The notes: generated by a model from the sequence alone, not told the origin. 20,000 nucleotides of DNA from an uncultured virus (IMG/VR IMGVR_UViG_3300042289_000700) (IMGVR_UViG_3300042289_000700), one strand, 5' to 3'. Counted from the stretch's first letter, positions 5,958 to 13,873 are shown. Made by a program: numbers and translations.

Positions 5958-8900
5958 ATGGCAGAGCAACCACCCCTCTCTAGAATTCATGTCGTTGGCT
6001 ATTCGGCCAATGACCGCGATTTTCCGATCCTTAATCTGGTTTTAGATCCGCGTGTTGCGGGCTATCAGGTTCCCAAGGATCTTTCGGCCTGTCCCGATAA
6101 ACGCTATCCCAACCATGTATTTACGGGAGCCCAGCCGATCTCTGGGGATCAACGTGTCCGCCATGTCTGGGAGATTCTCCCCTCTCCTTATGTCCCCTTT
6201 ACCCGCTATGATGATGACCTCGGTCCTGTTCAGGGGCGGAGGCGGTCTGTTAAAAATGAGGGGCAAGTCGCAAGTCTAGCTGCTGATAAAAGAGTAACCT
6301 ACGAAGCCCGAGAAGGATCGGCTATTGTCTATACCGAACTGGAGGAGTCTTGGTCGGTTGCCACTGACGAGGATGGTAATTCCCTTTTTCCTTTTAAGGA
6401 TCGGGATTTTTATGATGCCTCACGCGGCCCCGTCCAAGAACGCCGCCAACTTTTTGTCCCCACAGGAGAGGAGGTTGGCTCTTTGGAGAACATCAACGGA
6501 GTCATCACCCAGACCAGCTACGAGCCCTACAACGAATTTCTTTCGGTCAAGATTGTCCAGACCTACAAGGTGGACGGCCCACAACTGATTGGTAAGGCCA
6601 CGGACAATGACGGCCAGCTAGTCACGGTTACCACCCAGCGCAAGGGGGCCAATGGATATATCCCTCCGAATCCAACCGCAACCAGAACGGTTGAGGTTAA
6701 CCGCGAGGACGCCGAAGCCCTAATCGAACGGACTGTCGATACCCCCGAAGTTTTTAAAGCCAACACGTTTTCTGTTGAACGCCCCGACCCCATTCCCCAG
6801 AAGTTCCGCGTAGCAGTCCCAATCCAGTCCTCACAAGAGATTGTTGAAGGAATCGCCGTTACGCCAACCCTTGAAGAGGGGGAGATCTCTAAGAGCGAAG
6901 AACAGCGTAATAAGTTTATCAAGCGGGTGTCTTCTACTTCGCGGGATCAAGCCGTTCTACCTCAAACACTTACTGGCAAAGCGACCAACAACGAAAGACA
7001 GGAGGTTACAGTTACTGAGACCTTGCAGTTCGGCAACACCGACGAAGGCCCAACCGCAACAAAGACAATAGAGTCTGAGGCATTGGGTGATGGAAACTAT
7101 GTCATTACAAAGACAGAGGTTCCCGAAGTTTTTGGAGCCGAAACCTATCGCAAGATCCGCGAAGACATTACTCCGCAAAAATTCAAAGCCGCCCAAGAGG
7201 ACCTTACCACCGAACAGAATGTTGCTGGTATTGCCGATTCAAACATTAGCCTAGCAACTGGAGAGTTCGCCAAGAGCGAACAACAGGTAAACAAATTTGT
7301 AAAACGGGTATCGACAACATCGCGAGCCATTAGTGAGGCTGTTGTTTTGGTTGAACGAGTCTTGACCAACGAGGGGCAGATAGGCACCAGAACCCTGCGA
7401 CTGCAAGTGGGAGACCAGACCTTTACCCCATCGGCAACCTTGGTGGATGCCAATGTTGAGGCTTTGGGAGACGGGCGCACAGTCAAGACGGAAGTTGTAG
7501 TGCCAAATGTGTTCACTGGGAAATCTGTAGTCAAAACCAAGGTTGACCTTACCCCTGAAAAATTCCGAGCCGCGCAGCAAGACACCACCACGGAAGAGAG
7601 CATAGAGGGGGCCGTCAATCCCGCCATCAACTTGGGAACTGGAGAATTCCGAAAATCCGAGCAGCAAGTTACAGAATTTGTTAAAAGAATTTCATCCACC
7701 ACTAGGGACATCAGTGCTTCGACGGACCTAACTGAAACAGTTATCACCAATCAAGGACAGGTGGCTACCCGCACGCTCCGTCTTTCGGCCACACCGCAAG
7801 TCATTATTCCTGACGCACTTTTGGTGGACGGATCTATCGAAGCTTTGGGTGATGGCAGGACGATCAAAACTGAAGTAAGGGTTCCAGAGATTTTTGATGA
7901 AAAATCAAATACTATTGAAGCTGTCATTACTGTCCCCGAAAGGTTTTTGGTTAACAGCCCGATTAGCAGTCAGGCAATAGTTGAAGCTGGAGACAATACT
8001 TCAGTCGAGCTTTCTGGCGGATTTATATCCCAACAGAAACAAAGGATTTCAGACTTTAAGATACGGACAATTAATAGGTCGCAAAATATTGATCCTTCGG
8101 AAATTTTAAGAGGCGCTGATTACGACGACACCCTTGATGCTCAAATTCCTTTTGAAGAATATATATCTGGTACAGTTCCTAGTGGTAAATGCGAAGTTGA
8201 TCCAATCGGTGGAGGTCGTCATCTTGTTAAAGAGTATGACACTATTGGACTTGAACAAAAATTAGATGCAATCAAATACGTTTTCCCGTCTCGCTCAACA
8301 ATCACGGGCGTCCCCCCAGTGTTGCGTAATTTCAAGGTTGAATGGGAAAAGACGGAAATAGACTCTGATTCTTCGTCTAGTTCATCTGGAGTTGGTGATG
8401 GACAAACTGGATCTGTTTCTGGATCTTCCAATTCAAGCTCTACGGCAACGGGATCTGTTACTCCGATATTTGTTATTGATTTGGAAGAGGTAAATACTTC
8501 AAATATTCCGACAACATCTTATTTCTTTTTCTTAAAATATCCAGTCACAACAGCTAATATTATAAGTAAAATTGGAGGATCTGTTCAACTTTGGCCCATT
8601 TTTAAACCCAAATCGCACATCATAACCGCAACTGGACAAAAACTTAAGGTTGATCTTGGTAGAAATATTTCATTCAATTCAAACTGGGGTGAAAACTCTT
8701 CTTCAAATTCAATATCTCTTGGTCAAACAAGGGGGATTGAAACAACAGATCAGATTTTTACAGTAAGAATTCCTCCGTGTCTTCATGGTTCATTTTCGGA
8801 TATTAACAAAGAAGAAAAACAAGAAGTTAAAGCTTCTGTTAGCGCGACAGTAAATATTAGGGGAAACGTAACCGAGGTTCCAACTATTTCATTTGATGAA

Positions 8901-9059
8901 GATGCCGTTGGAAAAGTGAATTACAATCTTGGAACAACTACGCCGACAAACATTCCAAGAACTGGAATATATCTTATTGATTATCGTGTGGAGCCCTATA
9001 AATTCGGCTATGCAAAAGTATTTGCAGAAACAGTAGATGCATCAATATTTCAATCTTAA
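5958..9059 (+). CDS. Large beta-rich repeat protein (1033 aa), putative virion tail/structural protein
   Basis: Long T/V/E/S-rich ORF with internal 127-aa repeats. Structural role is inferred. Confidence 0.65.
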   Translation: MAEQPPLSRIHVVGYSANDRDFPILNLVLDPRVAGYQVPKDLSACPDKRYPNHVFTGAQPISGDQRVRHVWEILPSPYVPFTRYDDDLGPVQGRRRSVKNEGQVASLAADKRVTYEAREGSAIVYTELEESWSVATDEDGNSLFPFKDRDFYDASRGPVQERRQLFVPTGEEVGSLENINGVITQTSYEPYNEFLSVKIVQTYKVDGPQLIGKATDNDGQLVTVTTQRKGANGYIPPNPTATRTVEVNREDAEALIERTVDTPEVFKANTFSVERPDPIPQKFRVAVPIQSSQEIVEGIAVTPTLEEGEISKSEEQRNKFIKRVSSTSRDQAVLPQTLTGKATNNERQEVTVTETLQFGNTDEGPTATKTIESEALGDGNYVITKTEVPEVFGAETYRKIREDITPQKFKAAQEDLTTEQNVAGIADSNISLATGEFAKSEQQVNKFVKRVSTTSRAISEAVVLVERVLTNEGQIGTRTLRLQVGDQTFTPSATLVDANVEALGDGRTVKTEVVVPNVFTGKSVVKTKVDLTPEKFRAAQQDTTTEESIEGAVNPAINLGTGEFRKSEQQVTEFVKRISSTTRDISASTDLTETVITNQGQVATRTLRLSATPQVIIPDALLVDGSIEALGDGRTIKTEVRVPEIFDEKSNTIEAVITVPERFLVNSPISSQAIVEAGDNTSVELSGGFISQQKQRISDFKIRTINRSQNIDPSEILRGADYDDTLDAQIPFEEYISGTVPSGKCEVDPIGGGRHLVKEYDTIGLEQKLDAIKYVFPSRSTITGVPPVLRNFKVEWEKTEIDSDSSSSSSGVGDGQTGSVSGSSNSSSTATGSVTPIFVIDLEEVNTSNIPTTSYFFFLKYPVTTANIISKIGGSVQLWPIFKPKSHIITATGQKLKVDLGRNISFNSNWGENSSSNSISLGQTRGIETTDQIFTVRIPPCLHGSFSDINKEEKQEVKASVSATVNIRGNVTEVPTISFDEDAVGKVNYNLGTTTPTNIPRTGIYLIDYRVEPYKFGYAKVFAETVDASIFQS
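6740..8090 (+). repeat. About 3.5 tandem degenerate 381-bp (127-aa) intragenic repeats
   Basis: KSE(E/Q)Q codons start at 6891, 7272 and 7653; EALGDG codons start at 7077, 7458 and 7839. The period is exactly 381 nt. (T/V)PxxF and PxKF motifs recur as well. Confidence 0.85.
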
Positions 9060-9061
9060 TT

Positions 9062-9487
9062 ATGGCGTCACAATTAAATGATCCAAATTTTGGCTCACAA
9101 AGAAGCCCTGATCCGTATGGACAAACTAAAGAAACTATTGGTTCGGGAGCGGCGCGAAGGTTGGAGTCTCAAATAAAAAGAGACCAAAAAAGAGGAAGGC
9201 TTTCGGAAAGAACAAAATCGGCCATTGCCGCTCAAGCCCTTGAAGAATTTGCTCAATCTATCGCCCAACAAAAAATAAGCCAAGTTCAACAATCACTGGA
9301 AAATGATTCAAAAGCAAAATCTAATCAGCCAGAAATTTCAGTAGAAACAACTGTCAGCCAAGAAGCAACCCCAAGCTCGTCAAAAATTGCGCCGTCAGTC
9401 CCGCAAGACCTTCCCTCATTTATGATCGATGTATGCAATAACGGGGTGGTGGCAAGATACAGGGTTTACGGCGGAAGAGATTTGTAA
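9062..9487 (+). CDS. Hypothetical protein (141 aa)
   Basis: Coupled by 2-nt gaps within the plus-strand cassette. Helical/disordered with a short C-terminal beta hairpin (FMIDVCNNGVVARYRVYG). Confidence 0.75.
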   Translation: MASQLNDPNFGSQRSPDPYGQTKETIGSGAARRLESQIKRDQKRGRLSERTKSAIAAQALEEFAQSIAQQKISQVQQSLENDSKAKSNQPEISVETTVSQEATPSSSKIAPSVPQDLPSFMIDVCNNGVVARYRVYGGRDL

Positions 9488-9489
9488 CA

Positions 9490-10329
9490 ATGGCCGAAGC
9501 AAGAAATCTTGGACTTTTCCCATTTTGTGTTCCGCTTGGCCCGCCAATGGTTGATTTTGGGGATGGGCCAGTTGTTCTTCCTGTTGGTCAGGGAACATTT
9601 TATCCAATACTCATGCCAATTGAGGATGCGATAAAAATGTGGTGGAGGGTAAAAGATTGGCAGTTTTCATTTGATTATTATTATTATGAAGAAATTGATG
9701 ATGGCGGAAGCGGAAGCTATGCGGAAGTTTTACAAACATCACTATCAACAAGAATTTCACAAATTGCTGGAACATCAACTCCAGCAACAAGGATGGCCAT
9801 TCAAGGGGAAAACTATCTCGTCTGTGAGACTGACCCGCTTTATGCTGGAATAACAACATCAGATTGGCAGCCCCAAGTAACACAAAATTTTGTTATAACA
9901 GACGATCCAGAAACCCCATTTGACGAAACAAATTCTGGATCATTTTCAAGAATCGCCACAACAATGGGATGGAATCAGGGGCCATTTCAAACTGGGGAGG
10001 CCCCCCCGCTGTTTGTTTATTCTGATGACACATTTAAAAATGTGTGGATGAGCAACGACATTCGTGTTGGTGCGGCCTCAAGCTCTAAAACAAATGGAGA
10101 ATTTGTTACAAATGTTCAATTAATATTACAAGACAGTATATATACTATACCAATTTATCAATTTATATTTGATCCAGAAATACCACAATCTCCTTGGCTT
10201 GGAGAAGTGACCAATATAACCATACAACCAGCAGAATGGTGGCCATATGATCCTCTGGATGGCGGCGGACCAATTTATGATAGTGCAACTGGCGCTGTGC
10301 TTCGCCCAGACTATGTTGGACTATCCTAA
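9490..10329 (+). CDS. Hypothetical acidic, aromatic-rich beta protein (possible tail/receptor-binding component)
   Basis: 279-aa AT-rich ORF with MWWRVKDW and WWPYDPLDGGGPIYDSATG motifs; last gene of the cassette. Confidence 0.7.
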   Translation: MAEARNLGLFPFCVPLGPPMVDFGDGPVVLPVGQGTFYPILMPIEDAIKMWWRVKDWQFSFDYYYYEEIDDGGSGSYAEVLQTSLSTRISQIAGTSTPATRMAIQGENYLVCETDPLYAGITTSDWQPQVTQNFVITDDPETPFDETNSGSFSRIATTMGWNQGPFQTGEAPPLFVYSDDTFKNVWMSNDIRVGAASSSKTNGEFVTNVQLILQDSIYTIPIYQFIFDPEIPQSPWLGEVTNITIQPAEWWPYDPLDGGGPIYDSATGAVLRPDYVGLS

Positions 10330-10625
10330 CAGCACTTCGGCCTGACAAAGTTGATTGTTCTAACACATCCACTACTGCACTTAACTTTGGCTTTTTGTAG
10401 TTCCATTTTTATTCCGCGATTGCCAAGGGCATTGATGTAGTTTTCGGCGTATCCGCTTTCTTCAGCGGCCTGCTTAACCGTTTTCCATCCTTTAGCGTTC
10501 ATGGCCTCAATTGTGGTTGTTCCGTTGCTTTCACGAAACGACCGCCAAACGCTATCCCACTCTGGGACTACAATTTGAGCATTGGGGCTTTTTGTTCTGC
10601 TAGTTTTGCTATGATGGGTTGCCAT
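10326..10625 (-). CDS. Small HTH-like DNA-binding protein (~99 aa)
   Basis: WKTVKQAAEESGYAENYI resembles an excisionase/MerR-type HTH. Likely start is ATG 10625, overlapping the phosphoesterase 3' end. Its stop overlaps the convergent stop at 10329. Confidence 0.55.
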   Translation of the reverse strand: MATHHSKTSRTKSPNAQIVVPEWDSVWRSFRESNGTTTIEAMNAKGWKTVKQAAEESGYAENYINALGNRGIKMELQKAKVKCSSGCVRTINFVRPKCC

Positions 10626-11353
10626 GTGTAGGTTCCTTTGTTGACGGTAAAGATGACGAATCCAAAGTCCACTAATCCCGTGCATCGGCGGGCTCCGTAG
10701 CGGCTCCCGAATCCCTGAAGGGCTGGGGTGGTCATGGCCAGCCAGTCGGGGCCTCCCGCATAGTTGTGGTAGTGGACATGGCTTCGGATGAAGATGTCGG
10801 CCTTGGGCTGTAGCTCCCTTTCGGCCCACATGATGTTCCACATGCGATCTCTGGCCACCGCTGTATGCCGCCCATGGGGGAGGTTGCTTGATCCTGCTGG
10901 GTGGTGTTTGAGGTCGAAAATAACGTCTTCAACGTTGACCCATTCATGCTCTCCAATTCGGGCATCCACCCGCTGGGCCACGTTGTTTTCCCAATCCTCC
11001 TCATTTCCCGTATGGTAGGGAGTGCCTCTTGTGATAACAATCTTGCAATTCTTTGCTTTCGGGATTTCGCGGATAAGCTTAACGGCCATATCACACTGCT
11101 CCTCCATGTCGGTGGTTATAAGCTCCGTGCCGCCGCTTTTGGCACCTCGCCCGTCCACCAGATCTCCGTTGAGGAAAATGATGTCGTAGGGGCCATTACG
11201 CGCAATCTGGAGGGCATACCAGTTGTAGTAGGCTCTGTTAGCCGTCACCCATTCAGCCCGCTCTTTGACGGGTTGTTCTGGGAGGTAGCCCTTGGGGGTT
11301 AGGCCAACTTTGTGGCCGCAGTGGAAGTCCGAAAGGACCGCTATTTTTTTCAT
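10568..11353 (-). CDS. Calcineurin-like metallophosphoesterase
   Basis: Metal-binding motifs SDFH, NGDLVDG, GTPYH (variant of GNH), KHH and SHVH in canonical order. Confidence 0.85.
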   Translation of the reverse strand: MKKIAVLSDFHCGHKVGLTPKGYLPEQPVKERAEWVTANRAYYNWYALQIARNGPYDIIFLNGDLVDGRGAKSGGTELITTDMEEQCDMAVKLIREIPKAKNCKIVITRGTPYHTGNEEDWENNVAQRVDARIGEHEWVNVEDVIFDLKHHPAGSSNLPHGRHTAVARDRMWNIMWAERELQPKADIFIRSHVHYHNYAGGPDWLAMTTPALQGFGSRYGARRCTGLVDFGFVIFTVNKGTYTWQPIIAKLAEQKAPMLKL

Positions 11354-11357
11354 AAGA

Positions 11358-11579
11358 TTAGCTAAAATTTACATTTCGCTCGTTGACCATCTCCCACAGA
11401 AGCTGTCGAATTTCTTCAACAGTAGTGCTGTCCCAATTGGGATGAGAATCATAGCGGAGATGATTGCGAAGCTCATCGCTAAGATCGGTAATGATGCTAT
11501 GAAGATCGACTGCCTTACAAGCCATCTCAAACTCGACTTGTTCTTCTGGCAGGTTGAAGGATAGTGTGCCATTGGCCAT
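11358..11579 (-). CDS. Hypothetical protein (73 aa)
   Basis: Starts TLSFNLPEE and has an A/C-rich leader; lies within the operon. Confidence 0.75.
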   Translation of the reverse strand: MANGTLSFNLPEEQVEFEMACKAVDLHSIITDLSDELRNHLRYDSHPNWDSTTVEEIRQLLWEMVNERNVNFS

Positions 11580-11618
11580 TGGGTGTGGTTTTGGTTGTGT
11601 TTATGGTTTCGGGATTGC

Positions 11619-11882
11619 TTACAGGTCTTTGAGAACTTTCTTCAAGTCTCCGTCATCTAAGTCGTCGTCATCGTCTTCGTCCTCGTCTTGCCCATAGAGG
11701 ATGTCATGGATGTTCGATACAATACCTTCAATAGCATAATCATTGCCAAATTTGAGAAAGGCGTTCTTGGTTTCGGTGCCATCTTGAAATGTAGCCACCA
11801 CAAAGCCAGAGTCAAAATATTCAACAAGTTCTGAGCAAAGCTTGTCCAGCACCTCTTGTAGCCGTTTGTCATGGACGGCCAT
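11619..11882 (-). CDS. Hypothetical protein with acidic tail (87 aa)
   Basis: In the operon, with a DEDEDDDDDLDD tract. Confidence 0.75.
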   Translation of the reverse strand: MAVHDKRLQEVLDKLCSELVEYFDSGFVVATFQDGTETKNAFLKFGNDYAIEGIVSNIHDILYGQDEDEDDDDDLDDGDLKKVLKDL

Positions 11883-11883
11883 T

Positions 11884-12030
11884 TTAGTCTTGGGTTTCTC
11901 CGCAGGTTTTGCATCTGAGGATATGGACTACCCCATGATCAATCCGTTCAATCTTTTCCGATCCACAGTAGAAACAGGTCTTGGATTGCGGCTTGCGGTA
12001 AACCTTTTTCTTCTTTTTTTCTTCGCTCAT
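11884..12030 (-). CDS. Small Zn-ribbon protein (48 aa)
   Basis: MSEEKKKKK...CFYC...CKTC. ATG 12030 overlaps the endolysin stop (ATGA). Confidence 0.7.
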   Translation of the reverse strand: MSEEKKKKKVYRKPQSKTCFYCGSEKIERIDHGVVHILRCKTCGETQD

Positions 12031-12707
12031 TTTTTGACTGTTGATGGGTTGATTCGCACAAAGTTGCGTACTAGCGAGGCAGACCGTGTTTTGAGCCACA
12101 CCCCGTCCCCAGACTTGCTGTCCCGCGTCCCCCTGCCGTTTGTGTTGCCCTCGACACATTGGAACCTTCCGTTGGGAAGGACCTTGGTCACAATCCCGAT
12201 ATGGGAGAAGTCAAAAATAACAAAGTCCCCAACATGGGGCTTGGCCTTGTTAGAAAGAACCTTGGCCGTAGCTGGTCTTTCTTTAGCCCAAGAGATATAG
12301 CCAAACGCCGCCGCTGTCCTCGGTCTCCACTTCTCAGGGATCATTACCTTGAGCCCCAACCACTCAACATTTTCGGGGTCTTTGAGCCACTCGCGAACTA
12401 CCCATGAAGTCAGGGCGGCACACCATGGCCAAGAAGCGGGCTTGAGGTTGGTGGCGGCTTGATACTTCCGCACCTGTGGACCGTTGTTGTTGCCCCCCAC
12501 TTCTTTGACTCCCACTTGGGACAGGGCAATCTTGGCTAGGTTCTCAAGAGCCTTGGGAGTCTTCTGTTTCGGGGTTTCCCTCTTCTTTTCGACGGGCAAC
12601 TCTGGCTTTGAGTTCTCCTTGGATTCGGATGGCAAGCTCGGCAAGGACGGCGCTTGGCCACCTTCTGATTCTATCCCAAGTAGTTTCTGGATTAACTGCC
12701 AAATCAT
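12027..12707 (-). CDS. CHAP-domain endolysin (peptidoglycan amidase/endopeptidase)
   Basis: Motifs QVGVKE..NNG, PWCAA (catalytic Cys), GDFVIF, SHIGIV (His) and VEGNT. N-terminal amphipathic helix followed by a linker. Confidence 0.9.
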   Translation of the reverse strand: MIWQLIQKLLGIESEGGQAPSLPSLPSESKENSKPELPVEKKRETPKQKTPKALENLAKIALSQVGVKEVGGNNNGPQVRKYQAATNLKPASWPWCAALTSWVVREWLKDPENVEWLGLKVMIPEKWRPRTAAAFGYISWAKERPATAKVLSNKAKPHVGDFVIFDFSHIGIVTKVLPNGRFQCVEGNTNGRGTRDSKSGDGVWLKTRSASLVRNFVRINPSTVKK

Positions 12708-12729
12708 CTGGGTTACTGCTCACCCATCA

Positions 12730-12758
12730 ATTATAACAACGGCAAACTCGTTTGCCAA
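12730..12758 (-). promoter_or_regulatory. Promoter TTGGCA-N17-(TG)TATAAT upstream of the endolysin
   Basis: -35 at 12758-12753 and perfect extended -10 TGtTATAAT (-10 at 12735-12730). An inverted repeat GGCAAAC-ga-GTTTGCC covers the -35 and spacer. Confidence 0.75.
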
Positions 12759-12769
12759 TATCCCAATTC

Positions 12770-12949
12770 CTAGAAATCCGCTCCACCTCGGACTCCAACG
12801 GAGACGCCTGTTTTTCCATCATGGCCCCGCTTGGTGATTTTTGCGGTGAAGCGGAGGGAACCGAATAAACGGACAAGGAAATGTCTGCGATCTTCTTGGT
12901 TCCCCTTGGTAAATATTGCTTTGAGAGTTTCATTGTTGATCTTTTTCAC
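12770..12949 (-). CDS. 59-aa cationic peptide in the lysis cassette (absent from the ORF track)
   Basis: The GTG start overlaps the upstream TGA (GTGA). Sequence MKKINNETLKAIFTKGNQEDRRHFLVRLFGSLRFTAKITKRGHDGKTGVSVGVRGGADF. It ends just before the endolysin promoter. Confidence 0.65.
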   Translation of the reverse strand: MKKINNETLKAIFTKGNQEDRRHFLVRLFGSLRFTAKITKRGHDGKTGVSVGVRGGADF

Positions 12950-13293
12950 TTGCGCTTGCGCTTTGTTGCGGGCTTTTTGACTTCAATGGCCCTGCGAATC
13001 TCGGTGTAGGTCACGGGACCAGCAACCCCATCTTCATCGGTATTGACCAAGGCTTGGATCTTCTTGACTCCCTTGACGTTGATTTCGTTGGTAACGTAGT
13101 TAACAATGGCGAGAATCAAAGCAACGACAAATCCCGTAAGGCTCACTTGGTCTACGGACTCGGCCAGCTTGGGGTCAATCATGGCCAGCTTGCTAACCAC
13201 GGCGGCAATCCCCATGGCAATGAACGGGGTGATGACCCCGCCCATCTTGGAAACCAGAAAAGCCAGAAGTTTGTCTTTGGTTGTCGCGATCAT
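12946..13293 (-). CDS. Two-TM holin-like protein with C-terminal peptidoglycan-binding-like motif
   Basis: Two hydrophobic segments followed by VKKIQALVNTDEDGVAGPVT (DGxxGPxT) and a basic tail. Confidence 0.65.
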   Translation of the reverse strand: MIATTKDKLLAFLVSKMGGVITPFIAMGIAAVVSKLAMIDPKLAESVDQVSLTGFVVALILAIVNYVTNEINVKGVKKIQALVNTDEDGVAGPVTYTEIRRAIEVKKPATKRKRK

Positions 13294-13574
13294 TGGTCGA
13301 TTTTAACCCGCTGAACGGCGGATTCAACCGTAAAACGAATCAAGGATTCAGAGGCATCAATGCCATTACGCAGGGCCGCGCTGGTGAGTTTTTTGACAGC
13401 GGCTTCGCGCTTTTGTGCGCCAGTTTTGCTGGTGTCGGCCAACTCGCGGACGATGTCCAAGGCAAGTGGGAGGAGGGACGCGGCGGCATCCACAAAGAGT
13501 TCGCGGAGGATCGGCCCGTAGAAGGCCCAAATCTTGGAAGGAATACCCAGAAGGGTGGCGAAGAATGATTTCAT
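13290..13574 (-). CDS. LL-H-type holin-like protein
   Basis: Hydrophobic N-terminus plus a TGAQKREAAV...IRFTVESAV motif resembling the LL-H holin family. Confidence 0.6.
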   Translation of the reverse strand: MKSFFATLLGIPSKIWAFYGPILRELFVDAAASLLPLALDIVRELADTSKTGAQKREAAVKKLTSAALRNGIDASESLIRFTVESAVQRVKIDQ

Positions 13575-13588
13575 AGATTAAAGCTAGA

Positions 13589-13873
13589 CTAGAATCCTTT
13601 GGATTTCAAGTAATCTTCGATTCTTTTTGTGCGCTCGTCAATTCGGGCCAAGGTCTCGCTGCGGGTTTGGTTTTCTTTATTAATCATCTCAATTCGCGCA
13701 TCCTGCTTGGCATCATTGGTTTGTATATGTCTCATCTGCTCTGGTAGAACAATCCACCCATTAAGTGCCGAAAACAAAGTAATCATCAGAGCGATGCCAG
13801 CGACCAGTTCGCTCATGGTCAGCTTTACTCCGCGCTCCAGACCTCTGCGTCTTGGTATTTCTTCGATACTCAT
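13589..13873 (-). CDS. Single-TM coiled-coil membrane protein (lysis-associated)
   Basis: ATG 13873 overlaps the upstream TGA. TM segment LVAGIALMITLFSALNGWIVL is followed by a coiled coil ending LARIDERTKRIE. Confidence 0.7.
   Translation of the reverse strand: MSIEEIPRRRGLERGVKLTMSELVAGIALMITLFSALNGWIVLPEQMRHIQTNDAKQDARIEMINKENQTRSETLARIDERTKRIEDYLKSKGF

Noticed and set aside
5958..10329. Diversity-generating retroelement target
   Set aside because: No reverse transcriptase and no template/variable repeat pair differing only at adenines. The 381-bp repeats diverge at all base types.
5900..10340. Invertible (phase-variable) segment
   Set aside because: No flanking inverted repeats or recombinase were seen, and the right boundary is an overlapping convergent stop with no room for a site.
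12727..12933. 68-aa ORF from the track
   Set aside because: It overlaps the stop-coupled 12770-12949 frame and runs through the endolysin promoter, so it is probably a shadow ORF.
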